A stretch of 64,000 nucleotides of DNA, filler included, from Sphacelaria rigidula (lineage: Eukaryota): NCBI GenBank assembly GCA_964200075.2. It is 11 parts of 11 records of this genome, joined end to end, with 100 filler letters (N's around TTAATTAATTAA, not from the genome) between each part and the next. Parts side by side here need not be neighbours in the genome. Positions count along the whole stretch, not along the records: positions 1 to 5,730 come from CAXNAA020024898.1; positions 5,831 to 11,560 come from CAXNAA020024899.1; positions 11,661 to 17,390 come from CAXNAA020024900.1; 8 more parts are not named here. One strand, written 5' to 3'. The stretch's first letter is position 1; each line of letters starts with the position of its first letter. Positions 1 to 12,162 of the stretch are shown one piece after another. Made by a program: the position numbers and the translations under genes. The notes below the pieces were generated by a model. That model was not told the DNA's origin. It saw nothing but the letters and a program-made list of their open reading frames with translations, and did no database searches.

Positions 1-416
1 ATAGGCAATCTGCAGCACACGGTGGTCGCGTGGACAGCTCGGTACAGTAGGAGAAATAGCTTCCCATGATATGAGTATTGGAGCCGAAAAAGGAGCGGAA
101 GAGTTTGAGGACACGTGGCGACGCGCGCACAAACGAGAATCAGACCGCCGTCACAAGCGAGAGCTTGCTGCGTCGAGGGCCGCTAATCGGAGTATCCTGT
201 CTGCTCATATCGGTTGTTGATCAAGTCCTTAGTCGGTGGCTCTGCGGTGCCGACTGGTGTGTGTCTGTATCTACTCTGCTGCCCTGAATCCCTTGTGCTT
301 TCTCCTTTTTTAATTACTCGATCCCATTTTTTTTCCTGCTCCCTTCTTTTCTTAGGTCGGCCATCTATTTCTGTACTTTGCTTTTGTTGTTGTTGTTTTT
401 CTTATATATACGAGTA

Positions 417-721
417 TAAGAATGTTTTCGTAAGATTGAGAGTAGAGGATACGATTGAGAGTGAAAAGCGGTCAATCAGTGAGTGAATCGTTTCAGTTCC
501 GAAATACCCCTCCTCGAGGCCCGATATTATTTCTGTAGTAGCTTGCCACTGAGGCGCTTGATATCCCTGAGTAGGATATCAACGTGTAGTAGCTGTAAGC
601 ACACGCAAGTGATGGAGGCAAAGAAAAGCACACACGGAATGAAAAATTAGATAAGTTAAAGCGAATGATCAAAGCCACTCTCAATCCGCGCTCTGCTCTC
701 AATCTCACGACAACGTTGTTA
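417..721. mobile_element. MITE with long TIRs, TA-flanked (Tc1/mariner-like); second copy at ~8392-8704
   Basis: The left end TAAGAATGTTTTCGTAAGATTGAGAGT is an imperfect inverted repeat of the right end CTCTCAATCTCACGACAACGTTGTTA. TA lies on both flanks (415-416, 722-723). A colinear homolog sits in another contig at ~8392-8704. Confidence 0.65.
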
Positions 722-971
722 TATCTGCCCCACCCTCCCACCCCGCTGTCCCCCTACACGTTTATTCATCGGGCACACACATGGTTGAAGTCGCCTTCCA
801 ACACACGAATGTGTTTGGCACCTGAAGACCAAGTCTCAAGACAAACGCGGCACATAGCGGCAACATATGAATTAAATAGGAATTTACGCTTCTTCTTTTT
901 TATCGAGCCCAAAAAGAAGGTTTGTAGGGGGTTGGGGTTAGTCATTTCCAATTCTTCTGATGTACCCCTGG

Positions 972-1016
<45 letters not shown>

Positions 1017-1284
1017 CTCCGTCTACAACGTCGTTCTGTTGGACTTTTTTCTGACCCTTCGTTTTCTTGAACGAGTGTTTCAGTTTTGCTTTTCTTGGGT
1101 ACGTCCATCATGCGACCACGGCTGGATTCATGGGTGGTCAGTTAAAGTGCGATAACCAATCAAATCAATCAATCGATCGATCATTCGTTGATGTGTAAAG
1201 GATGCAAGATATGTACATAGTGATGAATATGCAGTAGTTGTAGTGGGCGGTCTCACTATTTATTTTGTGGCATTTTGTTATTAT

Positions 1285-1722
1285 TTTGTAATTGGCGATT
1301 TTCGTGGGCTCTTTTCGGTTGCCACCACAACATATCACATTGGGGATATATATGAAGATATTTGTATCCGCTCCATATTTCAATGAAAAAATCATCTGTA
1401 CTCAATATTGAGTGACTTACGGGCTGACCGGGCATCGGGGGTCCTGCCACGTTTCAGCCCAGATTCCTACTCTTCGATATTTTCGGCCGATCGAGCCTGT
1501 CTCGATCATATTTGTGAAAAAATATACAGTTTTATTTCACCGTCAAAAACACCCTCCTGATAAACGAGGTATGTACTCGTATCGCCCGCTAACACCAGCT
1601 AACACTGACTTGGGCACTATGTTTCGAGGATAATGTGTTTATTGTACCAAAATCTGTCGACCCTAGCAATTTCGATTTATATCAAAGAGTGGTACTCGAG
1701 GAAAACCCCCAAACACCCCTGG
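1285..1722. repeat. Dispersed repeat; inverted homolog at ~32330-32822
   Basis: Colinear diverged match to the reverse complement of ~32330-32822 (e.g. AATATTGAGTGACT..GGGCTGACC; GTATCGCCCG.TAACACCA.CT). Confidence 0.65.
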
Positions 1723-1892
1723 ATAGTTATATAGACCGCCCACTACTGTATGCAGTACGTAGACAACAGTCGATGACCGACGGGAGTTGCGTAGATTTCA
1801 ATCGAGTGTGATGTAGAAGAAAAAATGAATGTGTGCTGCTTTCGTGTCGAGTGCTTGCGCCGATGCACGGTACGCTGTGCAGAGGAAGTGCA

Positions 1893-3110
1893 ATGCAAGC
1901 GTTTGAGTGGAGCAAACATGCAAAGGTAGTCTACTCACTTGCTATCTGCTTGCGGGTCGCGTTTATGATTTTTGGAGAGTGGCAGGATCGACAGCTCACG
2001 ATACAATATACCGACGTGGACTACCAGGTCATCTCAGATGCTGCAGAGCTAGTCGTTGGTGGAAACTCTCCTTATGGCCGCGCAACCTACCGCTACTCGC
2101 CATTGTTGGCGTACCTCCTTGTACCGAATGTGCTCATCCACAGGTGTTGGGGGAAGCTGGTTTTCAGCTTCGCGGATTTGGTGGTTGGGAAGTGCATAGA
2201 ATCTATCCTTGTCAGACATGGGTTCACAAAAGGCAAGTCATTGCAATACGCCTCTCTGTGGTTGCTGAACCCGCTGTCCATCAATGTCTCTACACGGGGA
2301 AGTTTCGATGCGGTTACCAGCGCGCTGGTGTTGGGGGCAACGCTTCTACTGCTTGGGGGATCGACGCTGTGCGCAGCGCTTGCCTATGGATTCGTTGTAC
2401 ACTTGAGAGTGTATCCAATCATCTACGCCCCGGCGTTTGCACTTTATTTGGCACGCACGTCGATCACAGGCCCGGATGGGACCGTTGCTCGAGGAGACGT
2501 GAAGGCCCTTGTTGTAGGATCGAAGCTTCTCTCTTTCAAGCCTCTGCTATTTGCTACAGTTTCCGCTACGACATTCTTGGCCTGTACCATCGGGTGTGCG
2601 TGGGCATATGGGCAGGAATTCGTCCACGGCGCGATTTTGTACCATGCAACACGGACAGACAATAGGCACAACTACTCGATATACTGGTATTGGATCTACT
2701 TGGACTATGAGGCGCAGCATCGTTGGGCGCTTGGGCTGGCGACTTTCCTTCCCCAAGCTGTGATGTTGATAACGTCAGCAGCTGTCCTGCACAGGGATTT
2801 GGCTTTGTGCGTTTTCGTTCAGACGGCCTTCTTCGTCTTCTTCAATAAGGTGTTCACCGGTCAATACCTCACTTGGTATCTGTGCCTTGCGCCGCTGTTG
2901 GTGCCACATCTGGCCATGGGCAAACGGAAGGTGTCACTTTTGGTCACTGGATGGGTTTGTAGTCTGCTTCAGTGGCTTTTCGTTGCATGGAATCTCGAAA
3001 TAAAAGGCAGGAACGCCTTCCTGCCATTGTGGGTGGCTTCTGTGGTCATGTTCTCAGCCAACGTTGTGGCATTGAACGAGTGCATGAGGGCGTATTGTAG
3101 GCACGGGTGA
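1893..3110 (+). CDS. PIGM: GPI mannosyltransferase 1 (PIG-M/Gpi14, GT50), single exon
   Basis: Continuous ORF with PIG-M motifs YTDVDY (DxD), SPYGRATYRYSPLLA, NVSTRGSFD, HLRVYPIIY, YHATRTDNRHNYS and FFNKVFTGQY, plus many hydrophobic segments. Start is ATG 1893 or the in-frame ATG at 1863. Confidence 0.95.
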   Translation: MQAFEWSKHAKVVYSLAICLRVAFMIFGEWQDRQLTIQYTDVDYQVISDAAELVVGGNSPYGRATYRYSPLLAYLLVPNVLIHRCWGKLVFSFADLVVGKCIESILVRHGFTKGKSLQYASLWLLNPLSINVSTRGSFDAVTSALVLGATLLLLGGSTLCAALAYGFVVHLRVYPIIYAPAFALYLARTSITGPDGTVARGDVKALVVGSKLLSFKPLLFATVSATTFLACTIGCAWAYGQEFVHGAILYHATRTDNRHNYSIYWYWIYLDYEAQHRWALGLATFLPQAVMLITSAAVLHRDLALCVFVQTAFFVFFNKVFTGQYLTWYLCLAPLLVPHLAMGKRKVSLLVTGWVCSLLQWLFVAWNLEIKGRNAFLPLWVASVVMFSANVVALNECMRAYCRHG

Positions 3111-3899
3111 GAAACGACACGTACAGCATGTTATTTGTGCGGTTCAGTCGGGGGTGGGTGGGTGGCCACCAAATTGTGGTGGTGCGGGTGGGGCCTGGTC
3201 TTCCCCGGCCTACAAATACGACTTTGCTGAGACGGATCGCCTCATCGATGAAAGTAGTTGCTATTTTTCTTGTGCATTGATGACATACACATGGCATGTG
3301 TTTATGGAGAGGGATTTCCTGGAGAAAAGTACGGTAGTTGCGTATGTCCGGCCCGTTACTAGAATGGCCATTTATCTCGGGGCAGGAAATTACTTCACCT
3401 TGTTTTTTTCTTTAATTGTTTGCCCTTTTCACACCCCGGGGCTCACCAAGAAAAGCGCGTTTTGCTGGCTGGTCGTTGGTGAGCAGAATGACGCGCACAC
3501 GTAATCGAATCAACCACGCGCTCGAACAAAAGCGCAGTGAGCGTCGCTCACATTCCATATCGCTCAAGGCGATTACTGCAATTTGTATCTTGTTCGTTCG
3601 ACAATGATGATAATCGCTGGCGGTTTGTGCCCCCGAACATGCTGCTGCCAGCCGCTATAGAGGGAGTATGCAGGACTATGATGGTGATTTTTACCATTCA
3701 TCGCTTCGTCAGTCAGTCGTCACGTGAGTGCCGTTTCCGTCGGCGCAGTGGCATCAGTTACGCTTTCGAACAAGATGAGAGCAAAAGGGTTGAATTTTGA
3801 TCGCTGGTCGCCTCGTTCTTCACCCTTCTTGAATGTTGTGGTTTTAGCGTCAGCCGAAAAAAAAATCAACATTGATTTTGTGCTGTAAGAGCCGAGGCC

Positions 3900-5062
3900 C
3901 TACAGGGTTAACTTCGTTGTGTCTACCATTTGAATATTCCCGCTCTCAATGAAGGCTAAATCTATTGCTTCCGGTTTGGTCCCAGTAGGGGCACAACGAA
4001 GAATCACGGAAAGTGCCAGTTTCAGAGCACGGTCTCTATTCAAACAGTCCCCGCATTCTCGCTCCAATATGCTTTCAGCCTCCGCTGAGCCCTTGCCAAG
4101 TGCAGCAGCTTTCCAAGCAGAATATCTTCCAGACGGCTCTAGTTTGTACAATCGCGACCGCCCACGTCCGACATTTATCTCTGTGCCATCGCTTTGACTT
4201 TCCCCCGTGTTTGCCATGTCCTCAGCCTCAACACCCGCGACCAGAAGCGCCACGCCAAAGGGGCGAACGCCTCCCATCTGAGTATACTCCTGCATCACTA
4301 GGGCGAGCTCAGAAACCAGAGTGGTTAGCGGGATAGGAGCACTGCTGCCGAACTTGAGTTGGTACCCCAGGCACCACTCCTGTGCTCGTCGTGCTAGAAC
4401 CCTGATGCACCGAAACGAACACGGAAATTGACCGAGCGTTGGGATTAGAAGTTGGTTCACTTAGCGCGCCCGTACCGCCGAAAAACTGAATTTCCCGGAG
4501 TATCATGTGTTGCGCATCCACCAGAGTGCTGAGTGCCCTAGAGTACCGGAGGTATTGATTCATCCCAGATATTGCAGATTACCTGAGTATTGATCCTCAG
4601 AAGCACTGAGTAGTCTAGACTACCTGGAGTACTGACTCCCTCCAAGTACCGAGTATTGCAGAGAACCTGGACAATCGACCGCCAGAAATACTTATTTAGA
4701 GCATCCAAAGTATCGATACCTCAAGTAAACCGTACACGGACTCAACCCCATCCGAAGCATTTTTGGTGAGTTTACCGCAAGTTGCTCAGAGACTTCTTGA
4801 TGAAAGGCTGAAAGTGACTTCCACTGTGCAGGCCATCATAATAGGGCCGGTTTCTGTCGAGGTGAACGACACGAAGTCTCAACACAACGTCTGAGGTTTA
4901 CCTGGAATCTGCACCGAGACCCGAATGGAGCATTGCGATGCTGTCGGTCACGTGTGCGACCTTTCTTGTTCCAATGTTCATCACCAACAGAGATTCTGCT
5001 CGGCGCACCGATGCCATGACCACACCACCGTCGTACGTGACTGCCACTGCAAGCGCGCCTTC
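3900..5062 (-). CDS. PSMA2: 20S proteasome alpha-2 subunit-like (divergent), 3' two exons; 5' exon not found in this contig
   Basis: Exons 5062-4902 (EGALAVAV..GVVMAS..HSGLGADSR) and 4401-3900 (VLARRA..VMQEYTQMGGVRPFGVALLVAG..LEPSGRYSAWKAAALGK). Joined by a GT-AG phase-2 intron (TCCAG|GTAAAC ... CATCAG|G). MQEYTQxGGVRPFG is the alpha-2 signature. Confidence 0.88.
4490..4730. repeat. Degenerate ~40-bp tandem repeat (GAGTATTGA..CAGAAG.ACTGAGTA) in the proteasome gene intron
   Basis: Recurring GAGTA(T/C)T and TACC(T)GGAG units. Confidence 0.5.
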
Positions 5063-5658
5063 CTGTGAGAGACAAAACCATAATAACACGGTTCGAAATA
5101 CAACTACAACATTACATGCAGTAGCCTGATGCACGCTTTAATCGACCAATTGACTGTCGGACGTTGACTGATTTCCCAGGAGTCATGATCCAGTCGTGGT
5201 CATCACCCACATGATAGACGTACCCGAGACAAAACAAACCGCAAACAGTTGCTGAAGAAAAGCGAAGAAAACATAAAACTACAACAGAAAAACACAGGAG
5301 ACTGGAGAAGATTCAGAGAGGGAAAAAAGCTAGAAATGCCCGCCTCTGCAACATGGCTTCAGGTGGAAAGGTCTTGCGTAAGCACACGCAAGCACACGCA
5401 TTCATATCCGGTAAAAAAATGAAAAGCCATGGGAACAGATTGCGGCTCGTCTATTTTGGATGTGGGCTCTCACCCATGAGCCCTACGGAAGCGGGGCACC
5501 AAACTGCATACAGCGATGAGAAATAAGACACACACAAGGAGAGAGAGAGAACAGAGAGAACAGAGAAGAAGGACACTACAGGAGTGACTAAGCCCAAGAA
5601 CACACAAACCAGGGAACATCGCAAAATCACCTACCAAGGACAAAATCGACAAGCAATA

Positions 5659-5730
5659 GGGAGGGGGGGGGTGTACTCATGATCATGCTTGCCATAGTCG
5701 TAAGACTATTGACCTCGCATCCCTACAAAG
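5659..5730 (-). mobile_element. 3' end of the high-copy C-run-flanked ~330-bp element, truncated at the contig end
   Basis: GGGG..GTGTACTCATGATCATGC..TAGTC..AAGAC.ATTGACCTCGCATCCCTAC matches copies at 12893, 48245, 49135, 51665 and 58140. Confidence 0.75.
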
Positions 5731-5830
5731 NNNNNNNNNNNNNNNNNNNNNNNNNNNNNNNNNNNNNNNNNNNNTTAATTAATTAANNNNNNNNNNNNNN
5801 NNNNNNNNNNNNNNNNNNNNNNNNNNNNNN
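5731..5830. other. Artificial contig linker N44-TTAATTAATTAA-N44 (also 11561-11660, 17391-17490, 23220-23319, 29049-29148, 34878-34977, 40707-40806, 46536-46635, 52365-52464, 58193-58292)
   Basis: Identical 100-bp spacer with stops in all six frames, separating pieces of 5730-5728 bp. Confidence 0.98.
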
Positions 5831-5890
5831 CCCCCAACTCAACCGTCAGAAGGTTACGAGGTTACCAACTGAGCCACCGGGGCGACCGGC
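5831..5890 (-). mobile_element. tRNA-derived SINE family A, 5' head
   Basis: The reverse complement GCCGGTCGCCCCGGTGGCTCAGTTGGTAACC..CTTCTGACGGTT carries a Pol III A-box. The same head occurs at 46011 and ~56009-56110. Confidence 0.7.
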
Positions 5891-6329
5891 TGCTTAGGCC
5901 AAAGCAATTGATGTAATTCTTTCATATATGAACTCTATACATGATGGGCAACACCGTATGCATGCTGCAGACCCAGTTGGTCCAACGTGGCCGCCACACA
6001 TCGGCGTGCCACTCTGCCCGCAACGCACGAATATACAACAACACTATCCATACCACCCAACTGTAGTTTGTCACTTGAATGTCATTTTTTCAGCCAGAAA
6101 TCAGTGCCGACGCTCGCCCCTTGAACACAACTCCCCAGCAGTGTCGCGTGTCGGATCGGCATTCCCTCGTGGAGGGCTGCCCGCTAGTGTAAACTATGTA
6201 TACTTTGTGGCTGGTTCTAGCTCAAATCTTATACTATGATTACTATTTGCAGACATTTTATATTTTTGAGCCTTTTTGTAAGTACCAGGGTAGTCCATAA
6301 GTCTACACGTGTCCACAACCGCGGCGGGA

Positions 6330-6760
6330 CCATATCTTCATCGGCATAGTTCCGAGAATGTCTATGGATCCCTCCGCTCCTTTCCAGGAATGTTCGTGTC
6401 TACGGCTTAGTTCTGGGAATGTTCCCCGATGGACAATAGTCTGTCCTCTCGAGTCGATGTCCACCCTGTTCTCGGAGTAGTCATCATACTCCAATTCGAG
6501 GCGGTGTCTCCCCCGACAAACCCTCGACACCACTTCTCCTCTCGACCCTGGAGTCTCTCTTCACAGGAGAACGAAGTGTCTAGGCACGTCCCACGGCCAA
6601 GTCCGTGACTCCTGAGGCTACTTCTCCCACACCCAGGGGCAGTAGCCTTACTGGCGTCGACGTCAGGACGTTTTTTCTTTTTGGCGCATCCGTGATAATG
6701 CACGCCGACAAGTTATGAAGGGAAAAGCGCTGCCGCTTTGTGTACCCAGTGGCACAGAGA
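6330..6760 (-). mobile_element. Heavily decayed non-LTR (RTE-like) retrotransposon 3' coding relic
   Basis: Frameshifted segments (..SFSCEERLQGREEKWCRGFVGGDT..) loosely resemble the C-terminal end of RTE ORFs. Weak, by eye only. Confidence 0.3.
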
Positions 6761-8391
6761 ACCCAAGGTGAAGAGTGTGGAGCTTACCAGAACAGACAAC
6801 ATGGTGGCGACTGTGTTATGCTCTTCTGTTTGTGAGCGGTGTTGAATCTATCGGTACCGCCATGTGCGCCGTGCCGTCTATAGTTTTGAGACAACTTTTT
6901 TACCTCTCCGGGGGCCCTTACTTGCTTGCCGTAAGGCGAAAAAAAATTGAGACAACTTGTTCGGCTGAGCGGGGGCCCTCCGGGGACCCCTGGTGGTGGG
7001 GGATTTTGCTGCACATATGGCCTCCGGCCTGTCTGAAGCGCTGTCCCGTACCCGTAGTTTGGATGCCCGTCATTCGGATGGAATGTTCATAGAGCAGTTA
7101 ATTTCGGTGAACCCCACCTGTAATATATACTACATGTCATGGCGCTTGGTTCGTGGCCACAACCGGCAGCACAGCATTGTGGCACATGGGCCATGCACAG
7201 CGCATATGGCCCCTACATATTCACAGTCATCCCCGCCAGGCGTCTTCTGACAATATCTTCGGCGGTGACTACACGGGCAGCCTACTCGGAAATTCTTACT
7301 GATTCACCGTTGTATATTTCAAGCTGTTGTGCGTTCTGCAGCGGCTTTGCTCGATGATCCTGGCAATTTTTCAGCGGTACGAGTTGGGCCCGCCTAAAAA
7401 CGGACTTAACCCTTTGACTACTAGGAGCCTCCCCTCGGAACAGTTTCGCCGGCTGCACTGCCCACGAGTATGAAAATCATCGATAACTCCAGTGTTATTC
7501 TTGATGAGCTGAGTGGGATGCGCTTTTGTTTTGGGTGGACTCTGTTTCACATACTATCAAGTTATAGCTACGTAGTCGGCGGTTGCCTAGTTTGGTTGTG
7601 ATTTGACGCTAGTTGCTGCCACACAGCTTGTTACCGAGATTCCTAATCCGAGGATTGTTCACAGGCATCCATTGATTGCGCGCATTTTTCGACCGAGAGG
7701 TTTTCATGTGCAACTGATTACGCACCTCAAAGTTGTGTACGGATAGGTCGTTGCACAGCTTTCTCATCCAACAGTTGCCTACACAGGTGAATAGCTGCGT
7801 AACATTTTCATCCAATTTGTAGGTGTCCACGGGCAAGTTGTTGCCCGACTTTGTTACTCAAGAGTTATCTGCAGGCAACTGCAGAATTGGTTGTAGCTAT
7901 TCAGAGTGTGGAGGACTTCAAGGGTCAGACTGACAACGATTCGTCTGAATTCGTCCCGTACGAATAAATATTTCGGCTCTGTATCAAGTGTTTCGCCGGA
8001 GGTACGCGCACCCCAGGCACATGGAATAGCGCAATTTTTGCGTAGACGTTTTCGACCCATGGTTAACTTTCCCCTCTTTTTCCGAGCAATGAGGCGTCAA
8101 TAGTTGTGATTCGAACCAGCGATGATTCGTCCAACCCTTGGAAGATTTCACACCTTGAACAGTATATGGTCAGTAGATGCAATAGACATGGAGTGTACTG
8201 GGCAAAGTATAGACGTGTTGCAACTATTCCGACAATAGTTGCAATAGGCCTATACTCACCTGGTAAATTTATTGTCTGTTGCATCTGTTGACCATATATT
8301 GTCTAGGGCGTGCAAGATTTCAGCGCCCGCAGCAGAGTGATGAAGGGGAGGAATTTGCACCCGCTTGGATAAAAAAGCTGCTCAACGCCTA

Positions 8392-8704
8392 TAACAATGT
8401 TTTCGCGACATTGAGAGTCCAGGATGCGATCGGGAGTGATGAGCGGTCAATCAATAAATGAAAAAATTAAATTCCGAAATTGCTTCCACGAGGACCGACA
8501 TACTTTCTGTGGTAGCTTGCCACTGAAGCCTTTGATATCTCTGAGTGGGATATCCACGTGGGATATTCACGTATAGCTGTAAGCAAACGACAGTGTTATA
8601 GGCAAAGAAAACCACACACAACAAGAGTAATTGACCGAGTTAGAGCGAATGGTGAAACTCACTCTCAATCCACGCTGAACTCTCAATTCCACGAGAATTC
8701 TTTT
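8392..8704. mobile_element. MITE, second copy of the 417-721 family
   Basis: TAACAATGTTTTCGCGACATTGAGAGT...ACTCTCAATCCACGCTGAACTCTCAAT; the interior is colinear with 417-721. Confidence 0.65.
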
Positions 8705-9385
8705 CCATTCGCTGAAATTTCGTGGCTGTGTGCCACTCTTGCCAGCCGCGCATGTACATTCAGCGTCCCTTTACGCCTACATAGTCCCCCCCCCCCCCCG
8801 CGCCCAAACCCCCCGCAATTGTCAGCGGATACAGGCTTGGAAAAATCATCATTGGCGATTGAAGTGCGGGCTATGGGTTTAGAGGACGAAGTGGAAAAAT
8901 CCGCCTCAGTGTGTGATCTATTGCTGACGTAACTGCTGAAATATGACATTGATGGTGTCGTTTTGAAAATTATTCTGAGACCGCTCCTTGCATTAACGTA
9001 GCGATCGGCGAGGAGACATGGGACATGCGGAGTTGAACGCAAAATATAACTTCAGCAAGACAGATTACCAAAACCGTTACATCAGCAGCTGTGTTGATCA
9101 TGCTATCATGGCAGTTATTGTTGAGGTGTTGAGAGTTTGTGCATATAGTTATCGCCACATGACGAAAAAGCGTAGTCAATCGTGTTAGCGTTTCACACAG
9201 TATCCATCCATATGTTTTGTGGGGATATGAGCAGAGGCGCGCAGATTCAGTTCTAAAACTGTTGCACATGCAGTAGTTGTCGTTGGAGTACTGCCGAGCG
9301 TTCCTCCCCCGAAACATGACCAACAGCAGACATGACCGTCGGAACACTATTTACTTTGGCCGTCTGTGCAGAGTATGATCTGAAC

Positions 9386-10636
9386 ATGGAGCGTCGCCGA
9401 GCAGACGAGCGAGCTAAGGGGTCTCAATGGACCAGGAGGTTTCCACACGAGAGGGGCAACTGGCCTACCTTCGTTTTCATTGCTGGTGAGAGTACTGCTG
9501 CTTTGCGGTACTGTTGTACTGTTGTTGCGGTTGTGCCGAAGGTGTTGCAACAGTTACTGCCGATTGGTTGGGCTAGGTTACTGGTATATATATATATATA
9601 TATTTCAAAACCTGTCACGTAAAGTTTCAAATCGACGGCTCAGACGCCCGACAGCATGTCTCGGCGTTGTCGCCAGAGATATAACGTGGCAGCAACATGC
9701 CCGTCTGTCGCAGTGCCCAATTCTGGCGAGTTCGTGAGCATGGCGCGAGCTAGCGTGCTAGATTTTAGAGAGAAGCTGACCGCGGCTTGGGTGGAGCAAC
9801 ACGGACCTGTTGGTGGACGCAGCAAGAAGCGAGGAAGGAATGGGCAACCATCCCCCAAGCACAAGCAAAAGGTGCTCTGTGTGCGCTCGCGAATGGTGGT
9901 AGGGAGAGTGTTTTTGTGTTCAAGCACGTACCTATACCGCTCAAGAGCACAACATCGTATTTGGTCACCGCCGCACCGGTCATATATCTCGGCGACGGAA
10001 GTCGAGGTTGTTGATGCAAGCAGAGCTTTCGTGTACCTCCATCAATATTCACTAATGGTTGCGTTCGGCCTCGGTGCCCATGACCGCTATGATTCGGCCG
10101 TTTACTGCAGTTGTAGCATGCTTGCGTTGACATGACCAATATTGGGCGCGGGAGTTCGTTCGTTTTGTAAATTACGTGTGCCAACGTTGTAGGTGGCGAA
10201 GTCCAACTGTATCCACGTAGTGTGGAAAGGAGGGCGCCATGTGAATGAGTTCTGCCACCCCCGATACCCCGCTCCACTGCTTTGCTCGTCGCCGATACCG
10301 CATCTCAATGAGCTTTTCAACAAGCCCAACGCTGCTCTACCTGCGTAGCTAAAACACTCACGCTTACGCTGTCGCTTGCCATACCGTGTCACGCTTCCAT
10401 GCCCTGTCACCCTGTCACCGGATCGCCCGTCACACGTCACACGTCACACGTCACACGTGTTCGCCGCCTCAGGGCAATGATACGCGAAGACACAAATGTC
10501 CGCCTGAAGTGGTAATAAACGACATGACTCCGACGGGTCACCAGCACCTCAGCATCTCCAAAACAGTTGTGCTCCGCGCACATCAGATCGACCCCTTCGT
10601 GCAGGCTCTCAGAGAGACCTTCGGATCCTCACGCAG
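9386..10636 (+). CDS. USB1: U6 snRNA 3' phosphodiesterase Usb1 (2H phosphoesterase), partial, three exons
   Basis: Exons ~9372/9386-9485 (RRFPHERGNWPTFVFI), 9714-9871 and 10473-10636 (HQHLSISKTVVLRAHQIDPFVQAL, first HxS motif). Joins are GT-AG and in frame (phases 1 and 0; last donor phase 2). Matches the USB1 blocks FPHERGNW and HLSLS..VLR.H.I.PFVQAL. The 3' exons are missing. Confidence 0.88.
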
Positions 10637-11766
10637 GTATGCAAAAGCTCGAAGTGCTACATCCCGTGGGACTCTTGGTTCTCCGCGTGGCTGTCCAGTG
10701 TAGACTCGGAGCTCATTAGATTCGGATCGCTTGCCCCCCGTTTTGCTGCTCCTCAGCCCTCAACCATAGCTACGACTTGTGTCGAATTTCGGGCATGGAC
10801 TACCATTAGCACCAGCCCAATCCCGGTCCTTCTCATATTGCCTCTCGGAACACGGGGTGCGCAGGTATTAATATCGCCACGTGTTTGGTTCGTTTCGCAG
10901 TCGGTACGCAGCAATATAAGAGGTAATAATATCAAGCTGATGTTCTAGAGTTCCCCCAGTGCCTACCGAGGACCTCCGGGAAGTGACCAGTAGCCCATCG
11001 AGTAGTACACTCGCGAGTGCATCTGCCGTCTTCCGAACGGCTGTGGTAGTTGTCTACGGGGGGGACTCGGGTTGTTTGAGTTGACCCTCGCTTGGTGGCC
11101 GTGCTATTCCCCTTTTGTCATCTGTCTTTTCTTGTCTTTCCTTTTCTTCACCTTTCCTTTCGGTGTGCTTTTTGGCAGATCTAAAGGATTCCCCCCCCCC
11201 CCCACACCACCACAAACCACAACCCAAACACACCCAAGACCCAACCCCACCATCCTCCCCCACCTACTNNNNNNNNNNTTTTTTTTTTTTTTTCTTTTTT
11301 TCCCCTTTTCCTTCCTGTGTCTTTTTGGTCACCTCAACAGCTCCCCCCCCCCCCCCCCCCTTTCATCCCGTCCAACTCGGGGAAGCCACGCCTCACCTGT
11401 TTCCTTGGCGTCTCTCCTCATATTTTCATGTTGATAATACTTTGGTTGAACAGCCAATCATCACAATTGAGGATGGAGCTAGTCGTTCAGGATGAGGAAG
11501 CCCCGGAGCGGCGCTCGGAGAGTTCCCATATATTTGTTCCACGAAAATACTTCGGTAGTTNNNNNNNNNNNNNNNNNNNNNNNNNNNNNNNNNNNNNNNN
11601 NNNNTTAATTAATTAANNNNNNNNNNNNNNNNNNNNNNNNNNNNNNNNNNNNNNNNNNNNAATGGTCAAACGACTAAGGCAAGCAACAAATGAGTACGCC
11701 CCCCCCCCCCTTCCCCTTCTGCCGTCGTGTATTTCTCACCCTCCCTTATTTTTCTCCACATCCCAG

Positions 11767-11968
11767 CGCCACATTCCCCAGTGAACGGCGAAGGACCGAC
11801 ATCGAACAACAACAACAACGGGTTGGCTCCTCTGCGACCAAGCAACGGACAGGTCGCGTCGGATCGCAAAACCATCAACAACCCCCCAACGTATCGCAAC
11901 AAAGACTGCAGTGGCAGCGGCAACACGCTACCAGACGGTGTCCCCAACGGCGGCGGCGGCGGCGGCGG

Positions 11969-12013
<45 letters not shown>

Positions 12014-12118
12014 GCTGGGGGCGGCGCGCCCCCCCTACCCCCCCCNNNNNNNNNNCCCCCCACGTATCCCGAAAAACGGACGGGGGGGGGGGGGGACCCC
12101 CGCCGGGGGGGGGGGCCC

Positions 12119-12162
<44 letters not shown>

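Noticed and set aside
5775..5786. Regularly spaced TTAATTAATTAA palindrome (every ~5.83 kb) as a biological repeat
   Set aside because: It is embedded in N runs and is a six-frame stop linker added during contig concatenation.
7540..8110. Possible Fanzor/TnpB relic (VRDEFR, SRSKNARN on the minus strand)
   Set aside because: No RuvC-I motif, no proper CxxC pairs and no D in the RDxNA position. More likely non-coding transposon interior.
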